From an uncultured Actinomycetota bacterium (lineage in GTDB: Bacteria; Actinomycetota; Actinomycetes; JAHEKZ01), in assembly GCA_963743915.1 (NCBI GenBank), contig CAVURN010000001.1, positions 224,001-288,000 on the forward strand: 64,000 nt of DNA, read 5' to 3'. The position numbers and the translations under genes are program-made. This document shows positions 25,733 to 36,138 of this stretch, piece by piece (position 1 is the first letter of the stretch; the number at the start of each line of letters is the position of its first letter). The notes under the pieces are model-generated. The model saw only the letters and a list, made by a program, of their open reading frames with translations, had not been told where the DNA came from and ran no database searches.

Positions 25733-26842
25733 ATGGGAGAGATGGAGATCGGGCGCGGCAAACGAGGCCGCTCCGCCTGGCGGTTCGACGACATCGCGAT
25801 CGTGCCGCACCGCCGCACCCGCGACCCCGAAGAGGTCTCCATCGCCTGGCAGATCGACGCCTACCGGTTCGAGCTGCCACTGATGGCCGCACCGATGGAC
25901 TCGGTGGTGTCCCCCCAGACCGCGATCACCATCGGACGCCTGGGCGGGCTCGGCGTCCTGAACCTCGAGGGGTTGTGGACGCGGTACGACGACCCTGAGC
26001 CGCTCCTGGCCGAGATCGCCGGGCTCGAGGACGGCGAGGTCACCTCGCGGATGCAGCAGCTGTACGCCGAGCCGATCCGTGAGGACCTCATCGTCCGGCG
26101 CATCGCTGAGGTCCGTGAGGCGGGGGTCAGCACAGCCGCTGCCCTGTCGCCTCAGCGCACCAAGCAGTTCTGGAAGACGGTGGTCGACGCCGGCGTCGAC
26201 CTGTTCGTCATCCGTGGCACGACGGTGTCGGCGGAGCACGTGTCGAGCCAGTCCGAGCCGCTCAACCTCAAGCAGTTCATCTACGAGCTCGACGTGCCGG
26301 TCGTCGTCGGCGGCGTTGCGACGTACACCGCAGCCCTGCACCTGATGCGGACCGGAGCGGCCGGTGTCCTCGTCGGCTTCGGTGGAGGCGCCGCGCACAC
26401 CACGCGTGACGTCCTCGGTGTCGCCGTGCCGATGGCGACAGCGGTAGCCGATGTCGCGGCGGCGCGACGCGACTACATGGACGAGTCAGGCGGCCGCTAC
26501 GTGCACGTCATCGCGGACGGTGGCGTGGGCAAGAGCGGAGACATCGCCAAGGCGATCGCCTGCGGTGCGGACGCGGTGATGATGGGCTCACCGCTGGCGC
26601 GGGCCACGGACGCCCCCGGAGCGGGCTGGCACTGGGGAACCGAGGCCCACCATCACCAGCTCCCCCGCGGGGAGCGGGTCCACGTCGGACTGGTCGGCAC
26701 GCTGGAGGAGGTGCTCGTGGGTCCGTCCCGGGCACCCGACGGCTCGATGAACCTCTTCGGCGCGCTGCGCCGGGCCATGGCGACGACTGGCTACTCCGAC
26801 CTCAAGGAGTTCCAGCGGGTCGAGATCACCGTCCTGCCCTGA
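25733..26842 (+). CDS. guaB3: GuaB3 family IMP dehydrogenase-related protein
   Basis: EIGRGKRGR, FDDIAIVP, WQIDAY, LHLMRTGAAGV, YSDLKEFQRV. Confidence 0.93.
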   Translation: MGEMEIGRGKRGRSAWRFDDIAIVPHRRTRDPEEVSIAWQIDAYRFELPLMAAPMDSVVSPQTAITIGRLGGLGVLNLEGLWTRYDDPEPLLAEIAGLEDGEVTSRMQQLYAEPIREDLIVRRIAEVREAGVSTAAALSPQRTKQFWKTVVDAGVDLFVIRGTTVSAEHVSSQSEPLNLKQFIYELDVPVVVGGVATYTAALHLMRTGAAGVLVGFGGGAAHTTRDVLGVAVPMATAVADVAAARRDYMDESGGRYVHVIADGGVGKSGDIAKAIACGADAVMMGSPLARATDAPGAGWHWGTEAHHHQLPRGERVHVGLVGTLEEVLVGPSRAPDGSMNLFGALRRAMATTGYSDLKEFQRVEITVLP

Positions 26843-26852
26843 GGGGGACGCG

Positions 26853-28634
26853 TCAGTCCTCGTCGCGCCAGCTGCGCCAGAGGGCGGCGTAGGCGCCGCC
26901 TGCGCTCACCAGCTCGTCGTGCGTGCCGGCCTCGGCGATCTTCCCGTCCTCGACGACGATCACCCGCTCTGCGTCGTGCGCGGTCATCAGCCGGTGGGCG
27001 ATCGCGATCACCGTCCGTCCCTCGAGCACCGCGGCCAGCGACTGCTCCAGGTGACGGGCGGCGCGAGGGTCGAGCAGCGACGTGGCCTCGTCGAGCACGA
27101 GCGTGTCGGGGTCTGCGAGCACGAGCCGCGCGAGCGCGAGCTGCTGCGCCTGGGCAGGCGTGAGCTTGTGGCGTCCGGTGCCGACCTCGGTGAGCAGGCC
27201 CTTCGGCAGCGCATGGGCCCACTCGGCGGCGTCCACCGCACCCAGGGACTCCCACAGCTCGGTGTCGGACGCCCCGGGCCGTGCGAGCAGCAGGTTGTCG
27301 CGGAGCGTCCCGATGAAGACGTGGTGCTCCTGGGTCACCAGAGCCACATGCCGGCGGACGATCTCGGTCGGCAGCTTGGCCAGCGTCACTCCGCCCATGT
27401 CGATCGTTCCGGTACGGGGAGCATGCAGTCCGGCCAGCAGGCGGCCGAGCGTGGACTTGCCCGCCCCGGACGGCCCGACCATGGCAATGCGCTCACCCGG
27501 GGCGACGTCGAGGTCGACGCCGTGCAGCACGTCGCGCCCTTCCCGGTAGCCGTACCGCACCTCGCGGGCGTGCAGGTCGGAGGTCTCGGGCTCGCGTGAC
27601 CCGTCCGTCTCGGGGTCGGGTACGTCATGGACGCCGATCAGTCGCGCCATCGACGCCTGACCGACCTGCAGCTCGTCGTACCACATCAGGATGATGTCGA
27701 CCGGCTCGATGAGCATCTGCGTGTAGAGCACCGCGGCGGTGACCTGCGCCAGCGACACCTGGTCGGTGGTGTAGAGCCAGCCACCGAGCGCGAGCACCGC
27801 GGCGAGCGGAATCACGTACGAGATCTCGACCGACGGGAAGAAGACCGTCCGCAGGTAGAGCGTGTAGCGCTCCCAGCTGACCCATCGACCGATCGCGCGG
27901 TCCGTCCGTCGGACCCGCGCGGGTCCGAGCCGGTACGCCTCGACCGTCCGGCCCGCGTCGACGGTCTCGGCCACACCGGCGTTGACGGCGGCGTAGGACG
28001 CCATCTCCTGCCGGTAGCCGTGGGGTGCCCGCTTGAAGTACCAGCGGGTGACGACCAGGATCACCGGCAGCGCGAAGAGCCAGGACGCGGCCAGGATGGG
28101 CGCGGTGAACAGCAGCGCAGCCAGCACCAGGGTGGCGGTGACGAGGGCGATCGCGATCTCGGGCACGGCCAGGCGCACCGCCCACGAGAGCCGGTCGACG
28201 TCGGTGGTGGTGCGGGTGACGAGGTCGCCGGTGCCGGCGCGCTCGACCACGCCGGGTGGCAGCGCCACGACACGGGTGAGGAAGTCCTCGCGAAGGTCGG
28301 CGAGGATCGATTCGCCGAGCACCGCGCCACGGATGCGTGCCCAGCGCGTGAAGGCGGTCTGGATGAGGAGCGCGACCACGAAGATGCCGGCAGCCTTGTT
28401 GACGTAGGCGGCGTCGATCCCGTTGTCGAGCTGCTCGACAAGGTCACCGAGGATCTGTGGGCCGACGATCGAGGCTGCCGCGGCGACCGCGTTGAGCCCG
28501 ACCAGCGCGAGGAAGGTGCCCCTGCGCCGTCGGAGCAGCTGCATCACGTACCGACGGACCGAGGCCGGGCTCGACACGGGTAGCTTGCCCTCGCTGCTCT
28601 TCTCGCTGACGGCGAGCGTCTCAGGCGGCCTCAT
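26853..28634 (-). CDS. ABC exporter, fused permease/ATPase
   Basis: N-terminal TM helices, GPSGAGKST, VLDEATS; degenerate signature LTPAQAQ. Confidence 0.93.
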   Translation of the reverse strand: MRPPETLAVSEKSSEGKLPVSSPASVRRYVMQLLRRRRGTFLALVGLNAVAAAASIVGPQILGDLVEQLDNGIDAAYVNKAAGIFVVALLIQTAFTRWARIRGAVLGESILADLREDFLTRVVALPPGVVERAGTGDLVTRTTTDVDRLSWAVRLAVPEIAIALVTATLVLAALLFTAPILAASWLFALPVILVVTRWYFKRAPHGYRQEMASYAAVNAGVAETVDAGRTVEAYRLGPARVRRTDRAIGRWVSWERYTLYLRTVFFPSVEISYVIPLAAVLALGGWLYTTDQVSLAQVTAAVLYTQMLIEPVDIILMWYDELQVGQASMARLIGVHDVPDPETDGSREPETSDLHAREVRYGYREGRDVLHGVDLDVAPGERIAMVGPSGAGKSTLGRLLAGLHAPRTGTIDMGGVTLAKLPTEIVRRHVALVTQEHHVFIGTLRDNLLLARPGASDTELWESLGAVDAAEWAHALPKGLLTEVGTGRHKLTPAQAQQLALARLVLADPDTLVLDEATSLLDPRAARHLEQSLAAVLEGRTVIAIAHRLMTAHDAERVIVVEDGKIAEAGTHDELVSAGGAYAALWRSWRDED

Positions 28635-30343
28635 GATTCCTGTCCTCGCGTCACGGTGCTCCGGTACTCGGCGTTCTCGCGGAGCAGCTGACGGTGGTGG
28701 CCGGTGGCCCGCACCTGGCCCGCTGCGAGGAAGACCACGGTGTCCACGTGGTCGAGCAGCAGGGGGCTCGTGGTGAACACGAGGGTCGTGCGACCGGCTC
28801 GGGCCTCCCGAAGGCGCTGTCCGATCCGGGCCTCGGTGTGGGCGTCAACTGCGCTGGTCGGCTCATCGAGGATCAGCACGTCGGGGTCGGCGACGAGGGA
28901 GCGGGCGAGTGCCAGGCGCTGACGCTGGCCTCCGGACAACGAGCGGCCCCGCTCGGGCAGGTCGGTGGCGAGCCCGTCGGGCAGCGCGTCCACCACGTCC
29001 ATGGCGGACGCCGTCTCGAGCGCCTCGTCCACGCCGATCCGACCGGTGCGGGGGATGTCGAAGAGGTCCTCGGCCGCGCCGGAGAGGATCATCGGGTCCT
29101 TGTCCTGCACGAGGACGCGCTCACGCACGATGTCGAGCGGCAGCTTCTCCAGCGGCGTTCCGTCGAGGGAGACGTCCGACTCGCGGTAGCGGCCGAGGCG
29201 GTCGATCAGGATCTCGGACTCGTCCGGGTCGTCGGTGACGACGGCGGTGATCCGCCCGGCATGGGCGACCAGCCCGGACTGGGGGTCGACGAGGTCACCG
29301 CTGATGAACCGCGTGCCCTCGGCGGCGTCGGACTCCTCGACCTCGTCGAACGCACGCTCGAGGGTCAGGACCCGTACGACCCGGGCTGCGGCGACGCGAG
29401 CAGCCGTCCACTTGTGTGCGGCCTCGGTGACGGTGCGCAGCGGAAGCACCAGGAACGCGGTGTACCCGTAGAAGGCCACGAGCTGACCCACCGTGAGCTT
29501 GCCGTCGATGGCGAGCAGAGCGCCCAGCCACGTGACGATGACGGTGAACAAGCCGGGCAGGAACACCTGCATGGCATCGAGCAGCGCCCGGATCCGCGCC
29601 GTGAGCACCGCGGCGTCCTGCACCTCTTGGGATGCGGCGCGAAAGCGCTGCAGGAAGAGGTCCTCACCGCCGATGCCGCGCAGCACCCGCAGACCGGCGA
29701 CCGTGTCGGCGGCGAGCTCCTGGGTGATGCCCAAGTGGGCACGCTGGGTGCGCTCGCGCCGCTCGAGAGGGCGGACGAGCGGAGCCACCGCCAGGGAGAG
29801 CAGCGGGACGCCGACCAGGACGATCACGCCGAGCATCACGTTGGTCCAGATCAAGATCGCCGCGACGCCGAAGAAGGCGATGATCGCCCCGACCAGTCGC
29901 GGCAGGATGTCGAACGCGTTGCCGATCCGTTCCACGTCGTTTGCGGACGCGGCGACGACCTCACCGGTGGCCACCTGCTTGGGCAGGTCGGCTCCGAGAT
30001 CGGCGGCCCGGCGGATCAGCAGCTGCTGGACGCGGGAGCCCGCGGTGATCCAGTTGGCGACCGCGTAGCGGTGCCGGACCAGACCCGCACCGGCCTGCAG
30101 GACCCCGAGGGCCAGCACGACGCCGGCCCACCGGAGCGCGCGCGCCTCGTCCTGGTCGGCGATGGCCTGCACGCCCGCGCCGAGCGCACCGGGGATGAGG
30201 GCCTGCCCCACCATCCACAGGACACCCCAGATCACGGCGACGCCGATCAGCCGACGCTGCTGCACCCCGATCCACCGGAGGAAGCGCCCAGGCGTCGTCA
30301 GGACCGGGTCGCCGGGATCGGCGAGCGGCAGGTTCTGGAGCAT
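28631..30343 (-). CDS. ABC exporter, fused permease/ATPase (heterodimer partner)
   Basis: TM domain, [18 protein letters not shown]; Walker A degenerate. Confidence 0.92.
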   Translation of the reverse strand: MLQNLPLADPGDPVLTTPGRFLRWIGVQQRRLIGVAVIWGVLWMVGQALIPGALGAGVQAIADQDEARALRWAGVVLALGVLQAGAGLVRHRYAVANWITAGSRVQQLLIRRAADLGADLPKQVATGEVVAASANDVERIGNAFDILPRLVGAIIAFFGVAAILIWTNVMLGVIVLVGVPLLSLAVAPLVRPLERRERTQRAHLGITQELAADTVAGLRVLRGIGGEDLFLQRFRAASQEVQDAAVLTARIRALLDAMQVFLPGLFTVIVTWLGALLAIDGKLTVGQLVAFYGYTAFLVLPLRTVTEAAHKWTAARVAAARVVRVLTLERAFDEVEESDAAEGTRFISGDLVDPQSGLVAHAGRITAVVTDDPDESEILIDRLGRYRESDVSLDGTPLEKLPLDIVRERVLVQDKDPMILSGAAEDLFDIPRTGRIGVDEALETASAMDVVDALPDGLATDLPERGRSLSGGQRQRLALARSLVADPDVLILDEPTSAVDAHTEARIGQRLREARAGRTTLVFTTSPLLLDHVDTVVFLAAGQVRATGHHRQLLRENAEYRSTVTRGQES

Positions 30344-30442
30344 GACCTCCCCACGCTAGGGGAGAGCCCACCCCGCGGGCCAACGACTTTGCCGCGCCGA
30401 CGCCCGGCATCTCGCCGCTCGGACCGCCGGTAGGATCGGCGA

Positions 30443-32017
30443 GTGACAGCGGAGAGCTTCGACACCGTCCTCGTCGTCGACTTCGGCGCCCAGTACGCGC
30501 AGCTGATCGCGCGCCGCGTCCGCGAGGCTCGCGTCTACAGCGAGATCGTCCCCCACTCGATGCCCGTGGCCGAGATGCTCGCCAAGCGGCCGGCAGCGAT
30601 CATCCTCTCCGGCGGACCCAGCAGCGTGTACGCCGACGGTGCCCCGCAGGTGGACGCCGCCCTGTTCACCGCGGGCGTCCCGGCGTTCGGCATCTGCTAC
30701 GGCTTCCAGGCCATGGCTCAGGCGCTCGGTGGCGAGGTCGCCCACACCGGCACGTCGGAGTTCGGCGGCACGCCGCTCCGCGTCGTCGATCGCGAGTCAG
30801 CACTGTTCGCCGGTCTTCCGGACGACCTCTCGGTGTGGATGTCCCACGGTGACTCGGTCACCGTCGCCCCCGAAGGGTTCTCGGTCACCGCCATGAGCGA
30901 AGGCGCGCCAGTGGCAGCCTTCGAGGACGTCGAGCAGCAGCTCGCGGGCGTGCAGTTCCACCCCGAGGTGATGCACTCCCAGCACGGGCAGCGCGTGCTC
31001 GAGCACTTCCTGTTCGAGGTGGCGCGCTGCCGCCCCACCTGGACGATGAGCAACGTCATCGACGAGCAGGTGGACGCGATCCGCGGCCAGGTCGGCGACA
31101 AGCTCGTCATCTGCGGCCTGTCCGGCGGCGTCGACTCGGCCGTGGCCGCCGCCCTCGTGCAGCGTGCCATCGGTGACCAGCTCACCTGTGTCTTCGTCAA
31201 CCACGGACTGCTGCGCGCCGGTGAGGCCGAACAGGTCGAGAAGGACTTCGTGTCCGCCACCGGTGTCCGGCTCAAGGTCGTGCACGCCGAACGGCGGTTC
31301 CTGGACGCGCTCATCGGGGTCACCGACCCCGAGCAGAAGCGCAAGATCATCGGCCGCGAGTTCATTCGGGTCTTCGAGGACGCCGCCGCCGAGGTCGTGG
31401 CGGAGGCGGGCGCGCACGGTGAGCAGGTGGAGTTCCTGGTGCAGGGCACCCTCTACCCCGACGTCGTCGAGAGCGGTGGCGGCACCGGCACCGCGAACAT
31501 CAAGAGCCACCACAACGTGGGCGGGCTGCCCGAGGACCTGCAGTTCCAGCTCGTGGAGCCGCTCCGCGCCCTGTTCAAGGACGAGGTGCGCGCAGTGGGT
31601 GAGCAGCTCGGCCTGCCCGCCGAGATCGTCTGGCGCCACCCGTTCCCCGGCCCGGGCCTCGGCATCCGCATCATCGGCGAGGTCACCTACGACCGTCTCG
31701 AGACGCTGCGCGCCGCGGACGCCATCGCCCGCGAGGAGCTCACGCGCGCGGGCCTCGACCACGACGTCTGGCAGTTCCCGGTCGTGCTGCTCGCGGACGT
31801 GCGGTCGGTCGGCGTGCAGGGCGACGGTCGCACCTACGGGCATCCCGTCGTGCTGCGCCCGGTGTCGAGCGAGGACGCCATGACCGCCGACTGGTCGCGG
31901 CTGCCCTACGACGTCATCGCGCGCATCTCGACCCGCATCACCAACGAGGTGCGCGAGGTCAACCGGGTGGTGCTCGACGTCACCAGCAAGCCGCCGGGCA
32001 CCATCGAGTGGGAGTAG
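30443..32017 (+). CDS. guaA: GMP synthase (glutamine-hydrolysing)
   Basis: [42 protein letters not shown]. Confidence 0.99.
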   Translation: MTAESFDTVLVVDFGAQYAQLIARRVREARVYSEIVPHSMPVAEMLAKRPAAIILSGGPSSVYADGAPQVDAALFTAGVPAFGICYGFQAMAQALGGEVAHTGTSEFGGTPLRVVDRESALFAGLPDDLSVWMSHGDSVTVAPEGFSVTAMSEGAPVAAFEDVEQQLAGVQFHPEVMHSQHGQRVLEHFLFEVARCRPTWTMSNVIDEQVDAIRGQVGDKLVICGLSGGVDSAVAAALVQRAIGDQLTCVFVNHGLLRAGEAEQVEKDFVSATGVRLKVVHAERRFLDALIGVTDPEQKRKIIGREFIRVFEDAAAEVVAEAGAHGEQVEFLVQGTLYPDVVESGGGTGTANIKSHHNVGGLPEDLQFQLVEPLRALFKDEVRAVGEQLGLPAEIVWRHPFPGPGLGIRIIGEVTYDRLETLRAADAIAREELTRAGLDHDVWQFPVVLLADVRSVGVQGDGRTYGHPVVLRPVSSEDAMTADWSRLPYDVIARISTRITNEVREVNRVVLDVTSKPPGTIEWE

Positions 32018-32018
32018 T
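32003..32018 (+). repeat. attL: 16-bp direct repeat at the 3' end of guaA
   Basis: atcgagtgggagtagt, identical to 41815-41830. Confidence 0.9.
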
Positions 32019-32135
32019 CCACCAAGGCTGACCTGCGGGTTTGCGGCCCCTCATTGAACCTATGAGACCTGGCTTGACCCTACCGATACGCCATGGACGC
32101 TGTCCACGGGCACGGTGACGTACCGGAAAGGTGCC

Positions 32136-33008
32136 CTAGTACTCGCGTCCGAGGGACCCCGAGGAGGGGAGCAGGAACGGGGGATCATTGCCTTCGGCGA
32201 CCACGATCACCCGCTGCACCACCCAGTCGCAGAGCACCATGTGCCAGTTCTCCAAGGTGTTGACAAGGTCCCCCTGGAGCGGGAAGTCGGTCAGGCCGAG
32301 ATGCACTTCATGCACAGCATCGACGCTCGGTGGAGTGCCATCCGGGTTGACGAGGACCCCTAAGAGGGCTCCATCGGTGTAGGCGACTTGGCGCGACGGT
32401 CGCCAACGGTACTTCCCGCCGTCGGTTGGCTGCGCCCAGTAAACGAGGTCGGGCCACCAAGCGGTCACTGGCAGATGCCGGTGCTTGTCAGTGATTGACA
32501 GGGAGTGGAGCCGGTACACCGTGTCAAAGTGGGCATCCTGCTCGGAGACCTCGATGCCGAGTTCGGCAGCCTCCTCGCCGAAGGCAAAGGGCTGAACGCA
32601 GGCCAAGGCCCGTACGTCCTGAGTTCCAAAGAGCCCGCGCAGCCGCTCGACGATGGTCTTGTCAAAGGCTCTCCGGTCCAAGCACACGGGGAAGAAGACG
32701 CGCTTCTCGTCCGTGCTCGATAGTTGACCTCCGTGGTTGCGCTTGGCGAGGACGTAGGCCACGCAGTCCAAGGCCGAGCGCATGTTGTGTACCGCATCGC
32801 CGACGGTAGTGAGCAGGTCCACCGGCACCGGATCATGGACCCGAAGTCGGTACTGCACTTCACCAGGCGTCGCTGTGGGTGCGGTCTCCACCGTCCAGGG
32901 AGAAGTTGCAGTGAAGTCATCGACCAAGCGTCGGACTGATCGGAGGTGGTGATGCGCTCTGCGCAGTTTGGCCCACCACGGGGAGTCCGGGTCGGCCCAG
33001 TCGATCAT
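32136..33008 (-). CDS. Hypothetical protein (mobile-element cargo)
   Basis: 290-aa ORF with KLRRAHHHL, GDAVHNMRSALD, VQPF and LSITDKHRHL motifs. Confidence 0.75.
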   Translation of the reverse strand: MIDWADPDSPWWAKLRRAHHHLRSVRRLVDDFTATSPWTVETAPTATPGEVQYRLRVHDPVPVDLLTTVGDAVHNMRSALDCVAYVLAKRNHGGQLSSTDEKRVFFPVCLDRRAFDKTIVERLRGLFGTQDVRALACVQPFAFGEEAAELGIEVSEQDAHFDTVYRLHSLSITDKHRHLPVTAWWPDLVYWAQPTDGGKYRWRPSRQVAYTDGALLGVLVNPDGTPPSVDAVHEVHLGLTDFPLQGDLVNTLENWHMVLCDWVVQRVIVVAEGNDPPFLLPSSGSLGREY

Positions 33009-33112
33009 CTGGCTACCTTGACAGTCGTCGAGTGTTGAGTCGAGGACACGATCCCATGCTGCGCGCGAGTATTCGAGATGTCGAAGACTGGCGAAGAAAG
33101 GCGTGGGATCTG

Positions 33113-33140
33113 GGAACCGGCTGTGCTGACCGTGCGTGTT
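33113..33140 (+). promoter_or_regulatory. ECF-type promoter, leaderless
   Basis: GGAACC-N16-CGTGTT, ATG 7 nt later. Confidence 0.7.
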
Positions 33141-33146
33141 ATAGGT

Positions 33147-33650
33147 ATGCCTGTGGACTCTGAGCGGTTATCGACTTTCTACGAGCGGACATCTCCTCCG
33201 TTGGTGGGACTGCTCACGGCCATGTGCGGTGATCGCGCTGAAGCCGAAGAGGTCGCTCAGGATGCCTACGTCAAACTGGTCCAGAGATGGTCCCAGATAA
33301 GTGGCTACGACTCCCCGGAGTCGTGGCTGCGCATGGTCGCCGTTCGGCTTCTGATCAGCCGGAAGAGGCGCACCCGCACCTGGCTCACGGCCAGCCTTCG
33401 CCTCTCGTCCGATACCCCTGGACATGCACCGGAGCCGAGCGTCAACTCTGTCGCCGTGGCGGACGCTCTAAAGCAGTTGAGCCTGGAGCAGCGTTCGGTT
33501 CTGGTCTTGCACCATGGACTGGACCTTTCCGTAGAGGAAGTGGCCCAGATGCTTGCAATCCCGGTGGGGACGGTCAAGTCGCGTCTGGCTCGGGCCCGGG
33601 CCGCCCTCATGCCACTACTCGCCGATGAAGAGGTGCTGGGCCATGACTGA
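33147..33650 (+). CDS. ECF sigma factor (SigE family), copy 1
   Basis: AEEVAQDAY, YDSPESWLR, LVLHHGLDLSVEEVA, PVGTVKSRLARAR. Confidence 0.93.
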   Translation: MPVDSERLSTFYERTSPPLVGLLTAMCGDRAEAEEVAQDAYVKLVQRWSQISGYDSPESWLRMVAVRLLISRKRRTRTWLTASLRLSSDTPGHAPEPSVNSVAVADALKQLSLEQRSVLVLHHGLDLSVEEVAQMLAIPVGTVKSRLARARAALMPLLADEEVLGHD

Positions 33651-34452
33651 CATTGACCAACTCATCCGCGACCACATCAACGATTGCACTCCCTCTGCCC
33701 CTCCGCAGATGAGCCCGCGACTGACGCGATCCTTGGCGAATGGGGACAAGATCCCACCCAAACGCGCTGCGCTTGCCGTCGGTGCTACCGCCGCAGCGGC
33801 TGCACTTGTCGTGGCCGGGGTCGCCATCGCCCGAGACCAGATCGCCGAGACGACGCCCTCTGGCGCTGTTCCCGCCTCTGGCGATGTTCCGGTCCTGGTG
33901 ACGTTGCCCGACACGGGTCTGCACATGGAAGCCATCGTGAGCGGCACACTCGGGGTTCGTGATGGGTGCTTCACGGTGGATGGTGCAGTTCTGATCGCAC
34001 CCGAGGGCTCAACAGTCTCACCGGACGGTCAATCCATCGTGATGCCCGGTATTGCGACCGTTCAAGTCGGCGACAAGGTTATCGGAGGAGGCGGCTGGGT
34101 GAACGAGGCACCTGATGCGGCACAACCCAGCAATGCGCCCTGCGTCGAACCAGTCAGGGAGGACAACTTCGCCATCCTCTCTGCCCCCCTCGAAAGCCCG
34201 ACCCCAACGCCCACAACCTCAGAAAGCCAGATCAAGAACGTCCAGGTTCCCGACGTTATTGGGGACAAGGAGGCACAGGCTGTGCAACAACTCCAACAGG
34301 TTGGTCTGGAGGTGACGGTCGTTTACGAGGCCGCACCAGCGGGGACCACATTGGACGCCGGTACTGTCCTTTCGGCGTCACCTGCACCAGGAACCAACGT
34401 CAGGGTCGGCACCACCGTTGTTCTCAAGGTTGTCGATCCGGACAAGGGCTAG
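33643..34452 (+). CDS. Single-pass membrane protein with C-terminal PASTA domain (putative anti-sigma)
   Basis: Overlaps the sigma stop; TM AALAVGATAAAAALVVAGVAIA; VPDVIG..A..L..GL..GTVLS.SP..G..V.L.V. Confidence 0.8.
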   Translation: MTDIDQLIRDHINDCTPSAPPQMSPRLTRSLANGDKIPPKRAALAVGATAAAAALVVAGVAIARDQIAETTPSGAVPASGDVPVLVTLPDTGLHMEAIVSGTLGVRDGCFTVDGAVLIAPEGSTVSPDGQSIVMPGIATVQVGDKVIGGGGWVNEAPDAAQPSNAPCVEPVREDNFAILSAPLESPTPTPTTSESQIKNVQVPDVIGDKEAQAVQQLQQVGLEVTVVYEAAPAGTTLDAGTVLSASPAPGTNVRVGTTVVLKVVDPDKG

Positions 34453-34591
34453 CCCTCGGTCCGGGTTTGCCCGTGCCAGTGGCGGGGTTGCCTTGCATCG
34501 ACACAGTGAGGGGTGGCAAGGGCCGGACGTGATTCGCGGCGGGCCTCGTGTACGACGCCGTTCAGAGGGGCACTTCCACGCCAACGTTCGC

Positions 34592-35197
34592 TCAGGCGTT
34601 GACCCTCTCGTGGCTCTCGCTTGGCGCCGCCAGATGCCGGTACACGGTTGCGCGACTTACCCCCACAACAGCAGCAATGGCCGCAACGGTGTGTTCCCCG
34701 TCGTTGTGCATCTTCCTGACGATGTCGATCTGATCGGCGGAGAGTAGGGGCTTGCGTCCTGGGCGTGAACCGCGTTGCCGGGCAGCAGCGAGACCCGCCT
34801 TTGTTCGGTCAACGATTAGGTCACGCTCGAACTCTGCGAGCGCAGCGAAGATGTGGAACACCAACTTGCCTGTCGAAGTGGTGGTGTCGATGGACTCGGT
34901 GACCGACTTGAAGCCGATCCCTTCCTCGTCCAGCGAAGTCACGGTCCCCACCAGGTGCTTCAGGCTGCGACCGAGGCGGTCGAGTCGCCAGACCAGGAGC
35001 GTGTCCCCCGGACGGACGAAGTCCAGGGCCGCAGCCAACTGGGGACGATCCGTGCGGGTCCCGGAGGCGGTGTCGGTGAAGACGCGGATGCAGCCCGCTT
35101 GGGTGAGGGCATCGACCTGGAGGTCAAGGTTCTGATCCCAAGTGCTGACCCTGGCGTAGCCAACGAGGTCCCCGGAGCGTGTGGTCAGCGTGTTCAT
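34592..35197 (-). CDS. Serine recombinase (resolvase/invertase family)
   Basis: GYARVST..QNLDLQ, LDRLGRS, ALAEFERDLI, HTH GVSRATVYRHL. Confidence 0.96.
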   Translation of the reverse strand: MNTLTTRSGDLVGYARVSTWDQNLDLQVDALTQAGCIRVFTDTASGTRTDRPQLAAALDFVRPGDTLLVWRLDRLGRSLKHLVGTVTSLDEEGIGFKSVTESIDTTTSTGKLVFHIFAALAEFERDLIVDRTKAGLAAARQRGSRPGRKPLLSADQIDIVRKMHNDGEHTVAAIAAVVGVSRATVYRHLAAPSESHERVNA

Positions 35198-35205
35198 CCC
35201 GCCAG

Positions 35206-35340
35206 TGTCTCATAACCCGTCAGCGAGCACAATAGTGAGACAGGGCTCGTGGACACGGGATGTGGACGCTTTGGACCCCCGGATTCTTGGACATGGGGCG
35301 CCGCGAGCCGCTCTGTCCTAGACGGACCGTTTGTGCGACG
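35206..35340. promoter_or_regulatory. Putative res-type binding sites upstream of the resolvase
   Basis: tgtctca...tgagaca inverted pair (35206-35241) and accgtttgtgcgacg near 35326-35340. Confidence 0.55.
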
Positions 35341-35481
35341 AGTCGCTTGGCGCAGCACCCCGCGCAGGACTACGAGCGGTGCTTGCGGACGAACTGCGAG
35401 CCAGCATCGGGCCGCTGCCTCCTTCTTCTACGCGCACTGGGCGGCGGGAACCTCGACTCCCGTAAGCGCGTCATAATGCTT

Positions 35482-36036
35482 ATGAGCCGCTCGCGTCCCA
35501 TACTCCCGCTGGCGGCGGTCGCCATGGCCTTGGCGCTCGTGGCCTGCACCTCGGACACCTCAGACACCTCGCCAAGCGGGGAGAGTCAGGGTGCGACTGG
35601 GGAGCAGTCGGCTGCCACCACCATCGACCTGGTTCGGTCGGGTGCCTGTGGCGATGCCTTCTTCTGGGCGGAGTCCGCCGACGGCGATACCGCCGTGACT
35701 GTTGACGTTGCCTACTCACGGCCCGCTGATCTAGCCGTGACGCTGGCGATCCCATTCACCCTCCCGGATCGCAGCGTCAAGGTCCGCGTCTTGGAGGGTC
35801 AGGATCTCTCCCGCAACTTCTGCACCGACGTCATCGACATGACATCTCAGCCGGAGTCCACGTCACCGGCGCTTGTAGGGCACGGTCGAGTCACCATTGC
35901 CCCACCTCCGGGCAATGGCAACGCCTGTGGTCGCACGTTGGGCACCCTCCGCCTCAATGGGCTCGTCGCGGAGGACGGGGCCGAGTTCTCGCCGATCACC
36001 GTCGAGTCACGCAACATCGGGTGCTACTCCGGGTGA
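35482..36036 (+). CDS. Lipoprotein with 4 Cys in the mature part (module gene 1, copy A)
   Basis: Lipobox LVAC; GACGDAFFWA, RNFCTDV, NIGCYSG; preceded by GGAACC-N16-CGTCAT. Confidence 0.82.
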   Translation: MSRSRPILPLAAVAMALALVACTSDTSDTSPSGESQGATGEQSAATTIDLVRSGACGDAFFWAESADGDTAVTVDVAYSRPADLAVTLAIPFTLPDRSVKVRVLEGQDLSRNFCTDVIDMTSQPESTSPALVGHGRVTIAPPPGNGNACGRTLGTLRLNGLVAEDGAEFSPITVESRNIGCYSG

Positions 36037-36138
36037 GGCGTCACGCCCCAGGTCCTCGTACTCGAACTCTTCATGGTGTGGTGTAAACCGAATCGGCCTT
36101 GGGCGCCACTAGTGGGGTAGTTGAGGGCGGGAGGTCCT

